Positions 48,801-56,868 are shown, numbered from the stretch's first letter. The stretch is DNA of 64,000 bases from an uncultured Weeksellaceae bacterium (GCA_964537825.1 CAZIDL010000001.1:67668-131667), one strand, 5' to 3'. Notes: generated by a model from the letters alone, not told the origin. Translations and numbers: made by a program.

Positions 48801-49872
48801 ATGCGGTCAGCATCCGCGTGCTGTGCATCCGCAGCAGGGATGTTCCTTCCCCGTGCACTTGTCCGAATTGAGGAGCGTTGATATCGTCTTTACGGACGAT
48901 AAGGATAAATGGACCCGTTGCCCGGTCCTAGAGACACAAGGGTCCTCTTCCCTCGCGGAAGGGAAGGTGGATAAGCTCGAGCTCAGGGATGCTCCTGCGG
49001 TGGATAAAGAGGGGAATCCGGATAATTCCGGAAAGACCGGTATGGGTTGGTTCCCCGGCTATGCGATCGATGTCGAGACCGGAGAAAGGTTGAACATGGC
49101 CTTTGGCGAGGATTCTTGGCTCGCCGGAGAGAACGGAGCGGATATGAAGTGGAACCCCACTTCCAAGCTCTACTCAGATAACAGTTTTGATACCCTCTTC
49201 GGTGGAAAGCATTACATCTACGTCTTTGCTGAGAACAAAATTCCTTCTATCCCTTCCATGGATTCCATGCCAGCCTATGATAAGGGGCAATTCCTTTATG
49301 ACCGTCTAAAAGATGGCCTTAGTGGACCTGAACATTACGATGTGTGGAAACAGTGTATGTGGGTCGGCGCTCCCTTGCTTCGGGAAGAAGAGGAGCTCCT
49401 TTCCAACGAAGCCAAGGTCCGTCTCCGTGTTGGGACCAAGTATGAACGATTCAAGACAGGGAACGACGTGGAGAACGATCTGAATCCCATGTACCAATTC
49501 TCCACTTCGGGCGTGGCCACGGAGAAGCGGAACACGGCTTTACTAAAGGATGAGGTCCTCGACACCATCAATGTGGTGCCGAATCCCTATTACGCTTATT
49601 CCAATTATGAAGGAAGCCGTCTCGACAACCGGATCAAGATCATTAACCTTCCCGAAAAGGCTACGATCAAGATCTACGATATCAGCGGGACCCTTATCCG
49701 AACGCTCGATAAGGATAACTCCTCCACGGAGATCGAATGGGACCTTCGTAATGACGCACGCATTCCGATCTCAGGCGGGATGTACATGATCCATGTTAAA
49801 GTACCGAACGTCGGCGAGACCACGCTCAAGTGGTTCGGGGCAATGCGACCCACTGACCTCGAGAACTTCTAA
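45838..49872 (+). CDS. Very large secreted hypothetical protein with CTD-like C-terminal beta-sandwich
   Basis: Start trimmed to ATG 45838, 25 nt after the receptor stop. That gives 1344 aa beginning MSSPRTRSSALLLIALFITAFAGA (signal peptide, no lipobox). I recognise no catalytic or named-domain motif. The last ~100 aa (VVPNPYYAYSNYEG...IKIYDISGTLIRTL...GMYMIHVKVP...) resemble a T9SS/FlgD-Ig-type sorting domain. Confidence 0.7.
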   Translation: MSSPRTRSSALLLIALFITAFAGAREPDDMKSSSSSQQGKSNKSLAAQCAGPTEATELAFNNVRTLIQTSGDMWWDYIQPRYEVPKGSGKNALFAGALWLGGEDVNQQLKLAAHTFGPSRGNFDFWTGPLTTDGAATITPPVCQKYDKHWVITRKQVQKHVAWAQNPSDFPNYTIPPAIQNWPAHGDVSKGQSYYLAPFYDFQSGEPGKTSNATYEPENGDYPHYDLKREIDCRKNRLVTLFGDKTFWWVFNDKGNVHTETQGDPIGMEIRAQAFAFATNDAVNDMTFYNYQLINRGSQTLTQTHFAQWVDADLGCANDDYVGCDVSRGLGFAYNGDNFDEDCAGASGYGDGPPAIGVDFFEGPYQDSTGTANATGIGPDQAVAGNGVGYGDSIVDNERFGMRHFFYYNRGSGPRGDPQIATEYFNYMRGFWRDGTRLTYGGNGYDPSGTDPPADFMFPGSSDPLGWGTPTTSGAMPTWTEKTAGNQAGDRRFIQSAGPFTLKPGDVNDITVGVVYAKAASGDAFASVNAVKTADSKAQSLFDNCFEVLNGPDAPILEIQELDQELVLTLSNPEISNNYKENYEQVDPFIPDSVTESFQDCVDVSGNTDSAVVFDSLVAADKTYDFQGYRIYQVRNANVGPSDLDDPDQARLVAQVDKKDGVTSLINYNLDDQLGAPVPVKKADSVNQGISHSFSVTEDQFAQGESQLINHQEYYFMAIAYSHNNFKDYDPNDPEALDGQKQPYLASRRSGDKSSIQAVGGTPHIVSPESGGTVQNADFGEGVPVTRIEGRGNGGHVVDLTEEAEEKVLEENEVEDLTYQAGATPIEVKVIDPLNVPDAEFELRFRTDSGAKNVDEAEWTLENLKTGKVISSTKAIDTRYEQVIPQWGISITIEQYDDYGPNCQDKESGYAPPLEANIEYENSQDQWLSGIQDGEGNSGRNWILSGNQTDAFRGCRNDIQGPDYTMDPPQAYETLLQGTWAPYALVSKCGQHPRAVHPQQGCSFPVHLSELRSVDIVFTDDKDKWTRCPVLETQGSSSLAEGKVDKLELRDAPAVDKEGNPDNSGKTGMGWFPGYAIDVETGERLNMAFGEDSWLAGENGADMKWNPTSKLYSDNSFDTLFGGKHYIYVFAENKIPSIPSMDSMPAYDKGQFLYDRLKDGLSGPEHYDVWKQCMWVGAPLLREEEELLSNEAKVRLRVGTKYERFKTGNDVENDLNPMYQFSTSGVATEKRNTALLKDEVLDTINVVPNPYYAYSNYEGSRLDNRIKIINLPEKATIKIYDISGTLIRTLDKDNSSTEIEWDLRNDARIPISGGMYMIHVKVPNVGETTLKWFGAMRPTDLENF

Positions 49873-49904
49873 ATGATGTCCCCCTTTTTTGAAATTCAAG
49901 GAAG

Positions 49905-50972
49905 ATGATGATGATGCTAAGTAGTCGATTCGATAAGCTTTGCAGCTTGGTCCTGGTAAGCCTTCTCTTCTTACCCGTAAGTCTTTTTGCTGGTAACGAG
50001 GATCGGGCAGGCTCAGCTGGTGGAACCCAATTGCTGGTGAATCCCTGGGCCCGCAATACTGGATTCGCAGGAGCGAACGGCGCTTCTGTCAATGGGATCG
50101 AAGCCAGTTTTCTCAATGTTTCAGGTATGGCCATGACCGAGGGCACGGAGCTGATGTTCTCCCATTCCAGGTGGTTGGCCGGCAGTGGCGTTGGTATCAA
50201 CACCCTCGGCCTTTCCCAAAAAGTCGGTGATACAGCTGCCAAGAACGCCATGGGATTGACGGTCATGAGCATGAACTTCGGGGACATCCCTATTACCACG
50301 ACATCGAATCCGAATGGTGGTTTGGGGACCTATTCGCCGAACTTCATCAACGTGGGGCTCTCCTACGCCAAAGGATTCACTCGGACCATCTACGGGGGCT
50401 TCAATCTCAAGATCCTTTCTCAAGGGGTGAGCGATATGAAAGCAATGGGTGTTGCTATAGATGCCGGAATCCGCTACATCACCGGATCAAGGGATCAACT
50501 CAAATTCGGGATCGCGCTTAAGAACGTGGGACCGCCCATGAAATTCGGGGGAGATGGACTTTCTTTTACGAGCGAAGGGCCGAACTCTGGAAATCAAATG
50601 ACCGTTCGGCATCGCTCAGATGCCTTCGAACTTCCATCGCTCTTGAACATTTCGGGCTCTTATGACATAAAGGTTCCGGATGATCATGGAGTGACCGTCC
50701 ATGGTACTTTTGTGTCCAATTCCTTTACAAAAGACCAGGTGCGTGGAGGGCTCGAATACTCCTATAAAGAACTGATCACCATTCGGGGAGGATATATCTG
50801 GGAAGATGGGATGAACAAGCCAGCTGAACGAACAACGGTCTTTACCGGTCCTACAGCTGGTGTTTCCATTTCTCCGGATTTCGGAGGACTCCAGTTCTCC
50901 TTTGATTATTCTTATCGGGGAACCAGTCCGTATAATGGGATCCACAGTATCGGAGCTCGGATAAGACTTTGA
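49905..50972 (+). CDS. PorV/PorQ/FadL-like outer-membrane beta-barrel protein
   Basis: 355 aa, 32 nt after the previous stop, with a signal peptide. The N-terminal signature AGSAGGTQLLVNPWARNTGFAGANGASVNGIEASFLNVSGMA resembles the PorV/PorQ (FadL-fold) family consensus as I remember it. Amphipathic strands alternate and the protein ends ...GARIRL. The start among four consecutive ATGs is ambiguous. Confidence 0.6.
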   Translation: MMMMLSSRFDKLCSLVLVSLLFLPVSLFAGNEDRAGSAGGTQLLVNPWARNTGFAGANGASVNGIEASFLNVSGMAMTEGTELMFSHSRWLAGSGVGINTLGLSQKVGDTAAKNAMGLTVMSMNFGDIPITTTSNPNGGLGTYSPNFINVGLSYAKGFTRTIYGGFNLKILSQGVSDMKAMGVAIDAGIRYITGSRDQLKFGIALKNVGPPMKFGGDGLSFTSEGPNSGNQMTVRHRSDAFELPSLLNISGSYDIKVPDDHGVTVHGTFVSNSFTKDQVRGGLEYSYKELITIRGGYIWEDGMNKPAERTTVFTGPTAGVSISPDFGGLQFSFDYSYRGTSPYNGIHSIGARIRL

Positions 50973-51029
50973 GTTCCAAAAAATACGGCCGAATCCCCTC
51001 CTGATCTTTTAACTTAGTGAATTACGAAA

Positions 51030-51057
51030 GGGCCGCCCGACCGGACGGTCCATTTTT
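51030..51057 (+). terminator. Possible Rho-independent terminator after the PorV-like gene
   Basis: 6-bp stem GGGCCG (51030-35) / CGGTCC (51046-51, one G-U pair) with a 10-nt loop, followed by A and a T5 run (51053-57). Confidence 0.35.
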
Positions 51058-51102
51058 GTCCAGACTCCGTACCGAGCAGTAGGGACCCAAAAGAAAGGAA
51101 CA

Positions 51103-51576
51103 ATGGGTAAAGTGACCTATTATACCAAACAGGGGCTTGAAGACCTGAAACAGGAGCTCGAGCAGAAGAAGAACGTCGAGCGCCCTAAGATCTCTCAGCA
51201 GATCGCTGAAGCCAGGGAAAAAGGCGATCTCTCCGAGAACGCTGAATACGATGCTGCAAAGGAGGCCCAGGGACTGCTGGAAGCAGAGATCGCTCAATTG
51301 GAAGAGAAACTGGCCAATGCTCGATTGGTCGATGAAGATAAGATCGACGATTCCAAGGTCTATATTTTATCAACCGTTACCATCAAGGAAAAGAATAGCG
51401 GTTCTAAGATGAATTATACCCTCGTGGCCGAGAATGAAGCCGATATCAAGAAAGGAAAGATCTCGGTTGAATCGCCGATCGGAAAGGGATTGCTCGGGAA
51501 AGGGAAAGGCGAAGTCGCTGAGATCGAGACGCCTGCCGGCACGAAGGAATTCGAGATCGTGGATATCACCCGATGA
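51103..51576 (+). CDS. greA: Transcription elongation factor GreA
   Basis: 157 aa with YYTKQGLEDLKQELE...ISQQIAEAREKGDLSENAEYDAAKE and a C-terminal domain ISVESPIGKGLLGK. Confidence 0.95.
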   Translation: MGKVTYYTKQGLEDLKQELEQKKNVERPKISQQIAEAREKGDLSENAEYDAAKEAQGLLEAEIAQLEEKLANARLVDEDKIDDSKVYILSTVTIKEKNSGSKMNYTLVAENEADIKKGKISVESPIGKGLLGKGKGEVAEIETPAGTKEFEIVDITR

Positions 51577-51968
51577 GCAGCATTTTCACCAAGATCATTC
51601 GAAGGGAAATACCTGGCCATATCGTGGCCGAGGACGCTGACTGCTGTGCCTTTCTTGACGTTAATCCCCTTGCGAGGGGGCATACCCTCGTCGTTCCTAA
51701 GAAGGAAGTGGACCGTTTATGGGATCTCGATGATGCGACTTATCAGGCATTGACCCTTTTCTCCAAAAAGGTCGCTGAAGGCATCGAAAAAGTGATCCCT
51801 TGTGATCGGGTCGGAGTGGCGGTCCTCGGGTTAGAAGTTCCCCATGCCCACATCCATTTGGTCCCGATCAATAGCGAAGGAGACCTGAACTTCGCCAATC
51901 CCAGGGTCGATCTTTCCGATGCGGAAATGCGCGAGGTGGCCGAGCAAATAGCAGGAAAACTCTCATAG
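51573..51968 (+). CDS. HIT-family (histidine triad) nucleotide hydrolase
   Basis: 131 aa with IFTKIIRREIP, GHTLVVPKK and the triad HAHIHLVP. ATGA overlap with greA. Confidence 0.9.
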   Translation: MSSIFTKIIRREIPGHIVAEDADCCAFLDVNPLARGHTLVVPKKEVDRLWDLDDATYQALTLFSKKVAEGIEKVIPCDRVGVAVLGLEVPHAHIHLVPINSEGDLNFANPRVDLSDAEMREVAEQIAGKLS

Positions 51969-52523
51969 CTTCTTTCCGGGATTCTGCTTCAGATAAGTTT
52001 TCCAATCGCTGTATCCCCCTTTTCCCTTGCCTTTCCCTTTCCGATAGGCCTGGAAATAATGACAAAGAGCTACTGCAGTGCCGTCCGTGGCATCCAGCTC
52101 CTTGGGTGTTTCGGGCATTCGCAGGATCGAAGCGAGCATCCCGGCAACTTGCTCTTTTGATGCTTTCCCGTTACCTGTAATGGCTTGTTTGACCTTCCGG
52201 GGAGAATATTCCCGGATGGGTACATCCCGAGAGAGGGCTGCTGCCATGGCGACGCCCTGAGCTCTTCCCAATTTCAGCATCGATTGGACGTTCTTACCGA
52301 AGAACGGGGCTTCTACCGCGAATTCATCCGGAAGATGTTCCTCGACAAGGTCGCGGGTGCTCTGAAAGATCTTTTGTAGCTTGTAGGCGTGGTCGGAATA
52401 TTTGGATAGGTCGAGGTAACCCATGCAAATAAGCTTCGCTTCCTTACCTTCGATAAGGACCACACCATAACCCATGATCGTGGTTCCCGGGTCGATACCT
52501 AAAATAACGGTGTCATCGGCCAT
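51963..52523 (-). CDS. ruvC: Crossover junction endodeoxyribonuclease RuvC
   Basis: 186 aa with ILGIDPGTTIMGYGV, EFAVEAPFFGKNVQS and ATDGTAVALCH. Confidence 0.93.
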   Translation of the reverse strand: MADDTVILGIDPGTTIMGYGVVLIEGKEAKLICMGYLDLSKYSDHAYKLQKIFQSTRDLVEEHLPDEFAVEAPFFGKNVQSMLKLGRAQGVAMAAALSRDVPIREYSPRKVKQAITGNGKASKEQVAGMLASILRMPETPKELDATDGTAVALCHYFQAYRKGKGKGKGGYSDWKTYLKQNPGKKL

Positions 52524-52535
52524 TGAAGCAATGCT

Positions 52536-53507
52536 ATGCTAAAGAGGGTCACAACCGTACCAAAAGCACGTATCGAAAGGGTTGTCCCTTTGCTGATCTT
52601 CCTTCTGGCCCTTTGGTCGATCGGAGATGAACTCCCCGGTCTCAAAGATATGAAGATCCGCTCCCTTTTTGAGGCTTGGCCGCTGATGGCTTTTCTGCTG
52701 ATCGGATCCGTACTCAATTGGGGAACTGAGGCACTGAAATGGTATTGCATCGGGAGGAAGAGCATCGGGCTTTCCTTCCCCAAAGCACTGAAAGGAGTGC
52801 TTACCGGGACTGCTATCGGGATGTGGATGCCCGGACGCGTTGGTCCCTGGATCGGGAAACTTTTCTATGTTCCCTCAGAAAAGAGGGGCAAAGCCCTTTA
52901 CCCACTGATGGCGTCCGGAGGGGTCCAGTTCTTCGTAACCCTTCTCCTCGCTTCCATGGCTCTTTTGATGTGGAGTTTCTACAAACCGGCCGGTCCTTTT
53001 CCCGCATCAGCTTTTCTGGACCATGCCTTTCTCTTCACCATTCTCTTCCTCACGCTTGGGATAGGGAGCTATTACCTCCTTCAAAGTTCATGGGGCCGGA
53101 AAGCCATCGATCGGATGGGGTTCCGCTCGGATGACCTGCTGACCTTCAGGGATCTTTCCTTCACTTTGTATTCTAAGGTCTTTGGGCTTGCTTCGCTCCG
53201 TTATCTGGTTTTTCTATTTCAATTCGTGGCCGTTCTGCGTTTCTGGCTTCCGGGTTCGGATATTGGCGCGCTATTGCTCGCTATCCCTGTGATCCTTCTC
53301 ATCATCACCGTGCTCCCTTCTTTTGTGCTCGCAAAACTCGGAGTCCGGGAGATGGTGATCGTAGCAGTAATGGCACCCCTTTTTGGTCATGAAGAACGCC
53401 TGATCCTGGCCTCTTTTTCGATATGGATCGTGAATCTTGCCCTGCCGGCACTGGTCGGAGCGATCGTTGCGCTTATTTCACGCTTTTCTTTTCGCCAAAC
53501 GACCTGA
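52536..53507 (+). CDS. UPF0104 / lysylphosphatidylglycerol-synthase-TM-like (flippase-like) membrane protein
   Basis: 323 aa, multi-TM, with the LNWGTEALKWYCI pattern characteristic of the family. It starts 12 nt from the divergent ruvC start. Confidence 0.6.
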   Translation: MLKRVTTVPKARIERVVPLLIFLLALWSIGDELPGLKDMKIRSLFEAWPLMAFLLIGSVLNWGTEALKWYCIGRKSIGLSFPKALKGVLTGTAIGMWMPGRVGPWIGKLFYVPSEKRGKALYPLMASGGVQFFVTLLLASMALLMWSFYKPAGPFPASAFLDHAFLFTILFLTLGIGSYYLLQSSWGRKAIDRMGFRSDDLLTFRDLSFTLYSKVFGLASLRYLVFLFQFVAVLRFWLPGSDIGALLLAIPVILLIITVLPSFVLAKLGVREMVIVAVMAPLFGHEERLILASFSIWIVNLALPALVGAIVALISRFSFRQTT

Positions 53508-53510
53508 GGG

Positions 53511-54665
53511 ATGAGTTCGGCAGGGTGGGGGCTGGCTTTTGTGACGACCCTTTCCTTGGTCTTTTATGCCCGTGAACTCCTTTCCTGGCGAAAGGGGATG
53601 TACAAGGCTTTTTCAACTTCTTCTGAAGCAGGTTCCGAAGCCGATAACGATGAAGTAAAAGGGATCTCCATCATCATCCCGTTCAGGAACGAATCCGCTC
53701 GGTGGGAAGGGCTTTTCGGAGACCTTCAAAGTCAAAAAGCTCCGAAAGGGGAATGGGAGGTCCTCTTCGTTGATGACCATTCAGAGGATGGAGGAAGGGA
53801 GGCGCTCGAGGGGGCATGCGAGGAGATCCCGAATTTCCGTACCCTGAAGCTACCGGACGAAGAAAGCGGGAAAAAACGAGCTTTGGCGTTCGGGATCAGG
53901 GAGGCTTCTTATGAAAAGATCCTTACGTTGGATGCTGATTGCAGGGTCGGAGATACCTTTCTTCAGAAGCTTTTTGAACGATCCCGGAAAAAGCGAGCTG
54001 ATCTGCACCTTTTGCCGGTTCTGCCCCATCCTCCCTCGGGTTTCCGGGACCATCTTATCTATTACGAAGCACTGGCTCTTCTCGGGGTTTTGATCGGTAG
54101 TGTTGAGGTCGGGGCCCCGAGGCTCGCAAATGGAGCCGGAATGCTTTTCAGTCGATCCGTGTTCTTTGAAGAAGGGGAGTACGGACGGCACCTCCATATC
54201 GATTCCGGGGACGACCTATTCCTGCTACAGGAATGGACCAGGCAGGGAAGGAGGGTGGAAGTACTGCCCCATCGGCCGCTCCTGGTACGAACCTGCTATC
54301 CGGACGGGGTCCGGGAATGGCTCGATCAGCGCCTTCGTTGGGGAACGAAGGCAAAGGCTTTTGAAGATCGGGGGACCTTATGGTCGCTTTGGACCGTCGG
54401 AATGGTGGATCTGCTCTTGATCCTCAATGTTTTGTTCACAGTGGTCGTTCCATCTCAGCTTCCTGTCCTTCTCTTTTCATGGGGGGTGAAAGGAGGACTC
54501 GACCGAATATTCTTAATTTCGTCGCTCCAAAGACTCGGGAAACGCTTTTCCTGGAAACATTTTCCGTTGGCTCTGCTCTTCCATCCTTTCCAGATCGTGC
54601 TGATCCCTGTTATCGCCCTTTTCCGGCGCCCCTACTGGAAAGGGAGACGGATAGCAGACCATTGA
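53511..54665 (+). CDS. Family 2 glycosyltransferase (membrane-associated)
   Basis: 384 aa with ISIIIPFRNES, LFVDDHSEDG and LDADC (DxD-type), plus C-terminal TM helices. 3-nt gap from the upstream gene. Confidence 0.8.
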   Translation: MSSAGWGLAFVTTLSLVFYARELLSWRKGMYKAFSTSSEAGSEADNDEVKGISIIIPFRNESARWEGLFGDLQSQKAPKGEWEVLFVDDHSEDGGREALEGACEEIPNFRTLKLPDEESGKKRALAFGIREASYEKILTLDADCRVGDTFLQKLFERSRKKRADLHLLPVLPHPPSGFRDHLIYYEALALLGVLIGSVEVGAPRLANGAGMLFSRSVFFEEGEYGRHLHIDSGDDLFLLQEWTRQGRRVEVLPHRPLLVRTCYPDGVREWLDQRLRWGTKAKAFEDRGTLWSLWTVGMVDLLLILNVLFTVVVPSQLPVLLFSWGVKGGLDRIFLISSLQRLGKRFSWKHFPLALLFHPFQIVLIPVIALFRRPYWKGRRIADH

Positions 54666-54671
54666 TGCTTC

Positions 54672-55928
54672 ATGAGTGCCAGGGAACCCAATAAGAACCG
54701 CTCGCTCACCGGCCAGGCCTGGAAACGGCTGAAGAGGAACAAGCTGGCTATGTTCGGTCTCTTTTTGATCGGAATGGCCGCCCTAATAGCCATTTTAGGG
54801 GGCTTAATACGTCCCGATCCGACTCCGAACGCTAACCGTCAGGTCCCTTCCCTCAAACACAAGAAACCAGGATTTAGCATCCGCTTCCTCAAAGTTCGTT
54901 ACAACCAGAAGGTAGCGGAGAAGTGTTTCTGGGAGTACATGTTCTTCGGGGGACAGCTCAATAAGTACGATCATATTCCGATCAAGGATATCGAGTTGAA
55001 GGGCGAAAAGGTCGTCGTGAAAACTTACCAGGGAGGAGGAGAGAATGAGGGGGCCGTCGAAGGGGTGCCCTACCAGTTAGCGGATGTGATCCACCCCTTG
55101 GACGTGACACGGCCCTACAAGAGGGTCGACGGTGGGAAGGTCGCTTTCTATACGCTGGATGAAGGGAAAAAGGTGATGGCCATCCAAGAGCTTTGGAAAA
55201 AGCTGAAGGAAGAGCACCTTGTGGATCATACCTTTTATCTCGGTACCGATACCCATGGAAGGGACCTTCTCAGCCGCTTGATGGCGGGGACCATCGTTTC
55301 GCTTTCCGTTGGCTCGATCTCGGTCGTGATCTCCATCCTTATCGGCGTTACGTTGGGGGCTATCGCAGGTTTTTTCAAGGGGTGGGTGGACGATATTATC
55401 ATGTGGGCTATTAATGTGATCTGGTCCGTCCCGGCTCTTTTATTGGTGATCGCTGTGACCCTGGCATTGGGAAAAGGGTTCACGAACATTTTCCTGGCTG
55501 TGGGATTGATCATGTGGGTGGAGGTAGCCCGTATCGTTAGAGGTCAGGTATTGGGAGTCAGGGAGAAAGAATTCGTAGAGGCCGGTAGGGCCCTTGGTTA
55601 CAATTCTTCCCGTTTGATCGTACGCCACATCATCCCCAACGTCATGGGGCCCGTTATCGTGATGTCAGCCGCCAACTTCGCTTCTGCGATCCTCATCGAG
55701 GCCGGCCTCAGCTTTTTGGGTATCGGAGCGCAACCCCCGATGGCTTCATGGGGAAGTATGATCAAAAAGAGTTACAACATGATCACCATTCCCGGAAAGG
55801 AGTATCTTGCGATCCTCCCCGGCGTTTGTATCATGCTGCTCGTTCTAGCCTTTATGCTCGTGGGGAACGGTCTTCGCGATGCCTTTGATACGAAAGGGAT
55901 CGACGATGAGGTCAATACCGGAGCATAG
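54672..55928 (+). CDS. ABC transporter permease (OppC/DppC type) with long N-terminal extracytoplasmic insert
   Basis: 418 aa. The binding-protein-dependent transport signature region is EAGRALGYNSSRLIVRHIIPN. About 170 aa separate TM1 from the core. No ATPase or substrate-binding gene is in the window. Confidence 0.8.
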   Translation: MSAREPNKNRSLTGQAWKRLKRNKLAMFGLFLIGMAALIAILGGLIRPDPTPNANRQVPSLKHKKPGFSIRFLKVRYNQKVAEKCFWEYMFFGGQLNKYDHIPIKDIELKGEKVVVKTYQGGGENEGAVEGVPYQLADVIHPLDVTRPYKRVDGGKVAFYTLDEGKKVMAIQELWKKLKEEHLVDHTFYLGTDTHGRDLLSRLMAGTIVSLSVGSISVVISILIGVTLGAIAGFFKGWVDDIIMWAINVIWSVPALLLVIAVTLALGKGFTNIFLAVGLIMWVEVARIVRGQVLGVREKEFVEAGRALGYNSSRLIVRHIIPNVMGPVIVMSAANFASAILIEAGLSFLGIGAQPPMASWGSMIKKSYNMITIPGKEYLAILPGVCIMLLVLAFMLVGNGLRDAFDTKGIDDEVNTGA

Positions 55929-55938
55929 GGAAGCTTCT

Positions 55939-56838
55939 TTAATCGTTGAAGCTCAAAAGGATCTTCCAGGCCGTTCGCACATCTCCGCTTTCTTTTAATA
56001 GCTCGCGGGCTTTCTGGTGAAGAGCCTTCTCCAGTTCCTCAGGCCGGTCCTCGTATTCGATGAAGAACTCGCTCAAGCGCGTCAATTTGTAATCGTTCAC
56101 CTCGTTCTCATCCGGTAGCTCAGCGATCATGCCCAGCTCGCCGAGGTCATTGGCGCTCAGTACATCGCTTTCACGAACGGAGGAAGGCATCTGGTCCACG
56201 CCGATCCCCGGGGCTTTGGGGTCCGGTTTGGGCATCGTGAAAAGGGCGTTCCCGTTTGCCCTGCAGTAATAAGCACCTCCCATACGCCCGACAAGGTCGA
56301 TACGCTCCTGATCGATCATTCCCTGCTCATCGAGCACCTCCTCGTTGATGTGGAAACGGACCGCCCGCACCAGTATAAGATTGCCAGCAGCACCTTGGTC
56401 CCCCAATTCGATCACGTCCTCCACCTTGCATTCGAATTGGACCGGAGATTCCTTGACCCGGAAAGGGCGAACTATTTCCGGATCCAAAGGCGTGAGCCCC
56501 GCTTTCTCGAATTCGTTCACTCCTTTCTCGTACTCGCAGCTGGCCAGGTTCATTTGATGCACGATGGAATGGGTCACCACGTTGATCACCACCTCGGGAA
56601 CTTCCTTGGCATTCTCGTAACTGTCCTTGACCGTATTGTCCCGACCCCGTCGAGCAGGTGAAAAAACCCCTACCGGAGGGTTGCTGCTGAAAAAGTTGAA
56701 AAAGCTGAAAGGGCTCAGGTTCGGGCTCCCTGCTTCGTCGATCGTGCTGGCAAAGGCGATGGGTCGGGGGCCTACAGCCCCTAGCACGTACTGATGGCGG
56801 GTGGGGATGTCCAGCTCGTCAGGATCGATGGATCGCAT
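55939..56838 (-). CDS. Flavin reductase-like FMN-binding split-barrel protein with C-terminal extension
   Basis: Start trimmed to ATG 56838, giving MRSIDPDELDIPTRHQYVLGAVGPRPIAFASTIDEAGSPNLSPFSFFN. The ORF-track N-terminal extension would run into the tRNA gene. Confidence 0.75.
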   Translation of the reverse strand: MRSIDPDELDIPTRHQYVLGAVGPRPIAFASTIDEAGSPNLSPFSFFNFFSSNPPVGVFSPARRGRDNTVKDSYENAKEVPEVVINVVTHSIVHQMNLASCEYEKGVNEFEKAGLTPLDPEIVRPFRVKESPVQFECKVEDVIELGDQGAAGNLILVRAVRFHINEEVLDEQGMIDQERIDLVGRMGGAYYCRANGNALFTMPKPDPKAPGIGVDQMPSSVRESDVLSANDLGELGMIAELPDENEVNDYKLTRLSEFFIEYEDRPEELEKALHQKARELLKESGDVRTAWKILLSFND

Positions 56839-56860
56839 AGGCTCGTTCTTAAAGGGAGCG

Positions 56861-56868
56861 CAAAGGTA
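56861..56868 (-). promoter_or_regulatory. -7 promoter box (TACCTTTG on minus strand) for the flavin reductase-like gene
   Basis: Exact TAnnTTTG, 22 nt upstream of the ATG at 56838. Confidence 0.4.

Noticed and set aside
45838-49872. Possibility that the 1344-aa protein is PorU (T9SS C-terminal signal peptidase), since porU-porV are often adjacent
   Set aside because: I could not find the gingipain/C25-type catalytic His (GHG-like) and Cys motifs or other PorU-like sequence. The upstream partner is a TonB-dependent-receptor-like gene, which is not the usual porU context. It remains to be excluded by an HMM search.
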